Shown here: positions 58,427 through 64,000 of the stretch, one piece after another
Position numbering within the stretch: position 1 is the first letter of the stretch
Layout of the letters: each line of letters begins with the position of its first letter
NCBI GenBank assembly: GCA_020853795.1
Contig: JADYYF010000109.1
Span: 70,181-134,180 of the forward strand
DNA from: Candidatus Zixiibacteriota bacterium
Lineage (GTDB): Bacteria > Zixibacteria > MSB-5A5 > CAIYYT01
DNA: 64,000 nt
Direction: 5' to 3'
Program-made: the position numbers and the translations under genes
Notes under the pieces: generated by a model
The model's input: only the letters and a program-made list of their open reading frames with translations
Databases searched by the model: none
What the model was told of the DNA's origin: nothing

Positions 58427-59167
58427 TTAGAGGCTGTAAACAACCGCGCTCAGCAGCACCACCGGCGCCAATTCCGCGCGCAGACGTCGTTCTCCCAACA
58501 GCACCGGTGTCGCACCCGCGCGAATCAGGGTATCCTCCTCGATTCGGCTGAACCCCTCCTCCGGGCCGGTCAGAAGCAGAATCTTGTTGGCCGCGGCCGG
58601 CAACACCTCCCCGCTAAGAGCCGTCCCTTTCAAGCTACCAACAATCGCCGCATCATAGCTACCGATCGTCCCGGCCAGATCCGCCACGTCGCGCGGCGCG
58701 TTGATCTCCGGCAGCACCGTCCGCAGCGATTGCTTCATCGAGCTGATCGCCACCTTGCGCCACCGTTCCAGCCGCACCTGGGCCTTTTCGCCGGTGAGCT
58801 TGCCGGGAGAGTTCTTGGCCAGGATCGGCACGAACGCGGCCGCGCCCAATTGCGTGCACTGGTCGATAATCTGATCCGCTTTCGATGGCTGCGGCATTCC
58901 AAAACCGATCGTGATCGCGACCGGTAGTTCATTGACGCGTTCGGCAGAACTGATGACCTGCGCGCGCACGAGCCGATTCTCAAAAGCGGTGAGCTTCATT
59001 TGATAGAGACGGCCGCAACCATCCGTGGCGGCAATCCGATCGCCGATGTAAAGGCGAAACGACTTGAGAATGTGGTCGCTTTCTTCGCGCGAGAACAGAC
59101 AGGTGTCGCGGTCGAGTTGCCGGGGTTCGAAGTAGAAGTGGGTGGCGGCGCTATGCTTTGATGACAC
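58427..59167 (-). CDS. rsmE: 16S rRNA (uracil1498-N3)-methyltransferase RsmE
   Basis: 246 aa. N-terminal PUA-like and C-terminal SPOUT domains with typical RsmE sequence. Confidence 0.75.
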   Translation of the reverse strand: MSSKHSAATHFYFEPRQLDRDTCLFSREESDHILKSFRLYIGDRIAATDGCGRLYQMKLTAFENRLVRAQVISSAERVNELPVAITIGFGMPQPSKADQIIDQCTQLGAAAFVPILAKNSPGKLTGEKAQVRLERWRKVAISSMKQSLRTVLPEINAPRDVADLAGTIGSYDAAIVGSLKGTALSGEVLPAAANKILLLTGPEEGFSRIEEDTLIRAGATPVLLGERRLRAELAPVVLLSAVVYSL

Positions 59168-60017
59168 GGCAACAAATCCATTCGTTCTTGCGCGTGATCA
59201 GATTGCCCCGAACCCGCTTGAGACTGAGGAAGCTCAGAAATTCGGCCTCCTGGTCCGTGAGGATTCCGGAGAGAATCATCACGCCCCCGGTCTTGAGGCT
59301 GCGCATGAAGTTCTCGAACAGATTGTAGATTTCATCCTTGATCAGGTTGCTGACCACCACGTCGTAGTAGCCGCTGCGATTGACCTTTTCCATCGAACCG
59401 AATTGAATTTGCACGATCGGTTCAACCTGATTGATCACCACGTTTTCTCTGGCGTTCTCGATCGCGGCCAGGTCAATGTCAAGGCCGAGCGCCTCGGATG
59501 CCCCCAGCTTGGCGGCGAGAATACTCAGGATACCCGACCCGCAGCCGAGATCGAGCAGCTTATCGCCGGGCTTGATATCCTTGAGCAACTGCGCCACGCA
59601 CAACTGCGTGGTCTCGTGATGGCCCGTACCAAAAGCCATCTTCGGTTCGATCGTGATCTGCAGCTTGTCGCCGTAATCGGCCTCGTCCCAGGTGGACTTG
59701 ACCACGACGTTGTCGATGATGATCGACCGAAACGACTGTTGGTATTGCTTGATCCAGTCGATGTCGTCGATCGCCTTGACCGAGATGACGGCATCGAGAT
59801 TCTCCGCGCGTGCGATGCCGACGCGGACGAGATACTTGCCGAGCGATTCCACCTTGTCCCGCGACTCTTCTTCAATCGGAAGATAGAATTTGACGTGGAA
59901 ATCGGCATCGGAGACCTCCGTCACCAGTCCTTGCGATAGCGATTCGGTAATGTATGACGTGACGATGTCCTCATTGGTGGGATCGCACTTGATGCTGACT
60001 TCAAGGTAACCGGCCAA
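59151..60017 (-). CDS. prmA: Ribosomal protein L11 methyltransferase
   Basis: SAM-binding motif LDLGCGSGILSILAAKLGA and PrmA domain architecture. 288 aa. Confidence 0.85.
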   Translation of the reverse strand: MAGYLEVSIKCDPTNEDIVTSYITESLSQGLVTEVSDADFHVKFYLPIEEESRDKVESLGKYLVRVGIARAENLDAVISVKAIDDIDWIKQYQQSFRSIIIDNVVVKSTWDEADYGDKLQITIEPKMAFGTGHHETTQLCVAQLLKDIKPGDKLLDLGCGSGILSILAAKLGASEALGLDIDLAAIENARENVVINQVEPIVQIQFGSMEKVNRSGYYDVVVSNLIKDEIYNLFENFMRSLKTGGVMILSGILTDQEAEFLSFLSLKRVRGNLITRKNEWICCRVIKA

Positions 60018-60019
60018 TG

Positions 60020-61195
60020 TCAGACTCCCAGCGATTCCCGCAGCCGTTCAAGGATCGACTTGGTCTCGCGGGCGGGCGGCATGTCGCCCTCCAACCGGCG
60101 GAGTTTTTCGTAAAGCTGTTTCTGTTCCGACGAGAGATTTTGCGGCGTCCAGACCGTGATCTTGACGAGCAAATCCCCCCGTCCGGCGGAACGCAGTCGA
60201 CCCAGTCCCTGGCCGCGCAATTTCAGAATCTTGCCGTCCTGCGTGCCGGCTGGAACCTTGAGTTTGACTGCGCTGTCCAGCGTCTCCACATCGATCTCCG
60301 CGCCGAGCACCGCCGCCGCCATCGTGATCGGGATCTCCGTGATGAGATCATTGCCCTGGCGAATGAAGCGTTCGTGCGGTTTCTCCTCGATCAGCACGAT
60401 CAAATCGCCCGACTCGCCTCCGCGCATCCCGGCATTGCCCTCCCCGCGCAGCGGGATATAGTTCCCCTCGGCAACCCCCGCCGGGACTTTGACCGTGATG
60501 GTCGCCTGCTCCTCGACCCGGCCCGAACCGGCACAGGTACCGCACGGCGTGGTTATCACCTCGCCGGAGCCGCCGCAATTCGAGCAGGTCGAAACATTGA
60601 TGAACTGGCCGAACATCGACCGCGACACGTGGCGGACTTCGCCGGCACCGTTGCAGACGCGACAGCGTTCGCGCGAAGCTCCGGCCGCGGCGCCCGAACC
60701 GTGACACGTCTGACAACGCTTGAAGCGGCGGAATTTGATGACTTTCTCGGTACCGAAAGCGATTTCTTCGAGGGTCAGTTTCAGCCGGACCTTGATATCC
60801 TCGCCATGGAACGACTGGCGGCGATCGCCGCGGCGCGAAGAACCGCCGCCGAACATTTCATCGAAGATCGAGCCGCCCATGCCGAAGTCGCGCATGAAGG
60901 CGCGCAGCGCGTCGTTGATGTCGAAACCTTGGCCGAAGCCGCCGCCGTAGTTGCCTGCTCCCTGACCGGCGCCGACACCGGCATGCCCGAATTGATCGTA
61001 GCGCGCCCGCGTCTGCGGATCCTTAAGCACTTCGTAGGCCTCGGTCGCCTCCTTGAATTTCTCCTCGGCGGCCTTGTCGCCCGGGTTCTTGTCCGGGTGA
61101 TACTGAATCGCAAGCTTGCGATAGGCTTTCTTGATGTCTTCTTCGGTGGCCGACTTCGACACGCCGAGAATCTCGTAATAATCTCGTTTAGCCAT
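60020..61195 (-). CDS. dnaJ: Chaperone DnaJ
   Basis: J domain ([33 protein letters not shown]), G/F-rich region and four CxxCxGxG zinc-finger repeats. Confidence 0.95.
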   Translation of the reverse strand: MAKRDYYEILGVSKSATEEDIKKAYRKLAIQYHPDKNPGDKAAEEKFKEATEAYEVLKDPQTRARYDQFGHAGVGAGQGAGNYGGGFGQGFDINDALRAFMRDFGMGGSIFDEMFGGGSSRRGDRRQSFHGEDIKVRLKLTLEEIAFGTEKVIKFRRFKRCQTCHGSGAAAGASRERCRVCNGAGEVRHVSRSMFGQFINVSTCSNCGGSGEVITTPCGTCAGSGRVEEQATITVKVPAGVAEGNYIPLRGEGNAGMRGGESGDLIVLIEEKPHERFIRQGNDLITEIPITMAAAVLGAEIDVETLDSAVKLKVPAGTQDGKILKLRGQGLGRLRSAGRGDLLVKITVWTPQNLSSEQKQLYEKLRRLEGDMPPARETKSILERLRESLGV

Positions 61196-61229
61196 GTGCG
61201 TTGGCGATGACCTCCATCAGCGCGTTCGG

Positions 61230-63161
61230 CTACTTTTTCTTGTCGTCGTCAACGACTTCGTAATCGGCATCCACCGCGCCGCTGCCGCCCTCCGCACCTT
61301 GCGCTTGCGGGCCGCTCTCCGGCTGCGGGCCGCCGCCCGGCGCCCCCTGTGCCTGTTGCTGGGCAGTCTGCTTGTAAATCTGTTCGGCAATCTTGTGCGA
61401 GGCATTCATCAGGTCTTCCATCTTCTGATTGATGATCTCGACCGACTCCGTTTGCATCGCCGCCGCCAGCCGTTCCTTCGCCTCCACGATCGCCTTCCGG
61501 TCGTCCTCGGAGACCTTGTCGCCGTAATCCTTGAGCGTCTTTTCCGTTGAGTAGATCAACTGATCGGCCTTGTTGCGGGCGTCGATCAGTTCCCGCTTGC
61601 GGTGGTCGGCCTCGGTATTCGCCTCGGCATCCTTGACCATGCGCTGAATCTCTTGCTCCGACAGGCCGGACGAGGTTTCGATCTTGATCTTCTGCTCCTT
61701 GCCGGTACCCAGATCCTTGGCCGAGACATGGACGATGCCGTTGGCATCGATATCGAACGCCACCTCGATTTGCGGCACCCCGCGCGGCGCCGGCGGAATT
61801 CCGACCAGATCGAACCGCCCCAACGTCCGATTGTCGATCGCCATTTCGCGCTCGCCCTGCAACACGTGGATATTGACCGCCGGCTGGTTGTCGGACGCCG
61901 TCGAAAATACCTGCGCTTTGCGCGTCGGAATCGTCGTGTTGCGCTCGATCAGGCGCGTCATCACACCGCCAAGCGTCTCGATTCCCAGCGACAGCGGCGT
62001 CACATCGAGCAACAGCACATCCTTGACTTCCCCGCCCAATACGCCGGCCTGAATCGCCGCGCCGATCGCGACGACTTCGTCCGGATTTACGCCCTTGTGG
62101 GGCTCGCGTCCGAACAGCTCGCGCACTACCTGCTGCACCTTCGGCATCCGCGTCATGCCGCCGACGAGAACCACCTCGCTGATCTGCGATGGCGACAAAC
62201 CCGCGTCCGCCAGGCAGCGTTTGCACGGCTCGACTGAACGCTGAATCAGGTCTTCACACAACTGCTCCAGCTTGGCGCGGGTGATCGTCAGATCGAGATG
62301 CTTCGGCCCCGACTGGTCGGCCGTGATAAACGGCAGGTTCACCTGCGTCTGCATCGTCGTCGACAACTCGCACTTGGCTTTCTCCGCCGCCTCTTTCAGA
62401 CGCTGCAGCGCCATGCGATCCTTGCGCAGGTCGATCCCCTCCTGACGCTTGAACTCGTCGGCAATGAAATCGATCAGGCGCTGGTCGAAATCGTCGCCGC
62501 CGAGATGCGTGTCGCCGTTGGTCGCCAGAACTTCGAACACCGAGTCCCCGAGTTCGAGAATCGAGATATCGAACGTGCCGCCGCCCAGATCGTAGACGGC
62601 GATCTTCTGATTCTTCTGCTTGTCGAGACCGTAGGCCAGCGCCGCCGCCGTCGGCTCGTTGATGATGCGCAGCACTTCCAGTCCCGCGATCCGGCCGGCA
62701 TCTTTGGTGGCCTGCCGCTGACTGTCGTTGAAATAGGCCGGCACCGTGATCACCGCCTGTGTGATGGCTTGACCCAGGTACGACTCGGCCGCGCCCTTGA
62801 GATTCTGCAAGATCAACGCCGAAATCTCCGGCGGCGAATACAGCTTCCCCTGGATTTCGACGCGGCAATCGCCGCTTTCATTCTCGGTGACGTGATACGG
62901 GACAAGCTTCTCCTCGGAACTGACCTCGGAATGACGGCGCCCCATGAAACGCTTAATCGAGAAGACCGTGTTGGTCGGATTCTTGATCGCCTGGCGCTTC
63001 GCGACTTGCCCCACCAGCTTCTCACCGCTCTCGGTGAATCCTACGACCGACGGCGTGGTCCGCCCACCGTCCTGGTTGGGAATGACCACCGGCTGCCCGC
63101 CTTCCATCACCGCTACACAGGAATTCGTGGTGCCCAGATCTATGCCAATAATCTTGCCCAT
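61230..63161 (-). CDS. dnaK: Chaperone DnaK (Hsp70)
   Basis: [18 protein letters not shown]... Hsp70 signatures. 643 aa. Confidence 0.97.
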   Translation of the reverse strand: MGKIIGIDLGTTNSCVAVMEGGQPVVIPNQDGGRTTPSVVGFTESGEKLVGQVAKRQAIKNPTNTVFSIKRFMGRRHSEVSSEEKLVPYHVTENESGDCRVEIQGKLYSPPEISALILQNLKGAAESYLGQAITQAVITVPAYFNDSQRQATKDAGRIAGLEVLRIINEPTAAALAYGLDKQKNQKIAVYDLGGGTFDISILELGDSVFEVLATNGDTHLGGDDFDQRLIDFIADEFKRQEGIDLRKDRMALQRLKEAAEKAKCELSTTMQTQVNLPFITADQSGPKHLDLTITRAKLEQLCEDLIQRSVEPCKRCLADAGLSPSQISEVVLVGGMTRMPKVQQVVRELFGREPHKGVNPDEVVAIGAAIQAGVLGGEVKDVLLLDVTPLSLGIETLGGVMTRLIERNTTIPTRKAQVFSTASDNQPAVNIHVLQGEREMAIDNRTLGRFDLVGIPPAPRGVPQIEVAFDIDANGIVHVSAKDLGTGKEQKIKIETSSGLSEQEIQRMVKDAEANTEADHRKRELIDARNKADQLIYSTEKTLKDYGDKVSEDDRKAIVEAKERLAAAMQTESVEIINQKMEDLMNASHKIAEQIYKQTAQQQAQGAPGGGPQPESGPQAQGAEGGSGAVDADYEVVDDDKKK

Positions 63162-63228
63162 TCTCGCTAAACCTCCGTCACGCCTTCCACAGCGCGCCTA
63201 AAAGTATCAATTAAACGCCGGACGGCAA

Positions 63229-63795
63229 TTACTTGTTTTCGTCCTTCGGCTCCGCCGCCTTCACAACGCCGACCTTGGCGTGGCGGATTACCTTGTCGTT
63301 GAGTTCGTAGCCGGGCTGAATCTCGATGGCGATGGTGTCGGGCTCCTGGTCGGCCGCTTCGACTTGCATCATGGCCTCGTGCAAGTTCGGATCGAACTTC
63401 TGTCCCACCGACTCGAACCGCTTCAGGCCAGCCCGGCCCAGGATCGCCGTCAGGCGGTCGAACACCAGTGTCATGCCCTTGTGATAAGCTTCAAAGTCGG
63501 GCTTCTCTTCCCGGCTCTTGAACGCCCGCTCGAAGTTGTCCAGCACCTCCAGTAGTTCGCCGACCAGGCTCTCGTTGGCGGTCTTGACCAGGCTTGCGAA
63601 CTCGCGCGTGGTGCGCTTGCGATAATTGTCGAACTCCGCTGCCAGCCGCAGATAATCGTTCTTCTGCTCTTCCAGTTGGCGCTGGACTGCGCTCGCTTCG
63701 TCAACCATCTCGGACGCAGCCGCCTCGGCCAGTGCCTCTTCGCCCGACTTCTGGTCGATCGCTTCTTCCGTCAGCTTGTTATCTGTCTCACCCAT
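63229..63795 (-). CDS. grpE: Nucleotide exchange factor GrpE
   Basis: GrpE coiled-coil and beta-domain sequence (...DYLRLAAEFDNYRKR...). Start is chosen at MGETDNK (ATG at about 63795 with an AGGGAA RBS). The ORF continues upstream to 63948. Confidence 0.85.
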   Translation of the reverse strand: MGETDNKLTEEAIDQKSGEEALAEAAASEMVDEASAVQRQLEEQKNDYLRLAAEFDNYRKRTTREFASLVKTANESLVGELLEVLDNFERAFKSREEKPDFEAYHKGMTLVFDRLTAILGRAGLKRFESVGQKFDPNLHEAMMQVEAADQEPDTIAIEIQPGYELNDKVIRHAKVGVVKAAEPKDENK

Positions 63796-63803
63796 GCCGT
63801 TCC

Positions 63804-64000
63804 CTATCGTGAAAGAATTTCGGAGAGCACCTTGGCCGTGTAATCCACCACCGACATCAGCTTCGCATACTCCATCCGGGTCGGCCCGATCACGCCGATC
63901 GTGCCGCGCGTCTCGCCGATCTGGTATGTATGGATGACGGCGGAACAACCCTTCATGCCGTTGATGTTCGACTCGGCGCCGATCGTGACGCTGAGACCCT
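63804..64000 (-). CDS. hrcA: Heat-inducible transcription repressor HrcA, C-terminal part only
   Basis: Reverse-complement translation ends ...IGVIGPTRMEYAKLMSVVDYTAKVLSEILSR*. The conserved HrcA IGPTRM[DE]Y motif is present. Stop at about 63804. Gene continues beyond the window end. Confidence 0.75.
   Translation of the reverse strand, partial: GLSVTIGAESNINGMKGCSAVIHTYQIGETRGTIGVIGPTRMEYAKLMSVVDYTAKVLSEILSR

Noticed and set aside
63161-63229. Search for a CIRCE (HrcA operator) inverted repeat between grpE and dnaK
   Set aside because: No match to TTAGCACTC-N9-GAGTGCTAA was seen. Only a GGAGG RBS for dnaK is present.
1-64000. CRISPR arrays, tRNA/rRNA genes, transposases, integrases, phage genes
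   Set aside because: No regularly spaced direct repeats, no tRNA-like T-loop/acceptor patterns in the spacers examined, and no recombinase-like ORFs. The window appears to be stable chromosomal backbone plus T9SS cargo.

Overview
This 64 kb window is high-GC (about 60-65%; individual regions were estimated by eye, not computed) and is chromosomal DNA. Every gene I can support lies on the minus strand. I call about 50 CDS there and none on the plus strand. The long plus-strand ORFs in the track are antisense shadows of strongly recognisable minus-strand genes.

Gene content is mostly core housekeeping. In transcription order (high to low coordinates):
- Heat-shock and ribosome modification: hrcA (partial), grpE, dnaK, dnaJ, prmA, rsmE.
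- pilD (prepilin peptidase) and a PAS sensor histidine kinase.
- xseA, xseB, ispA, dxs, nadK.
- lapA/lapB-like pair and a SPOR-domain protein.
- mutS, mutL, miaA, an MltD-like transglycosylase, sppA, HU.
- argS, dapF, dinB.
- lptD, ftsK, lolA, rimO, a BamD-like lipoprotein, nadD (partial).

Accessory content is dominated by type IX secretion (T9SS) cargo genes, recognised by NYPNPFN ... VLLK C-terminal sorting domains. This points to an FCB-group (Bacteroidota-related), probably uncultured, high-GC lineage.

The most unusual signal is a cohesin-like module in a 950 aa T9SS-sorted repeat protein, with dockerin-like calcium-binding repeats at the C-termini of an adjacent 745 aa secreted protein and of an M14 carboxypeptidase. 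Together these suggest a T9SS-anchored cohesin-dockerin surface assembly.

Other notable items:
- A catalytically degenerate EPSP-synthase (AroA) paralog.
- An unannotated 32 aa bS22-like ribosomal protein gene with its own RBS and terminator.
- A three-gene low-GC islet (DUF2975-like membrane protein, XRE regulator, DUF429) with a palindromic operator candidate.
- A plus-strand sigma-54-type promoter followed by an intrinsic terminator in a low-GC intergenic spacer (candidate sRNA).
- A compositionally atypical lolA.

No CRISPR arrays, tRNA or rRNA genes, transposases or integrases were found. Sub-feature coordinates (domains, motifs, small elements) are read by eye from the printed sequence and may be off by 1-2 nt. 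CDS boundaries follow the ORF track.
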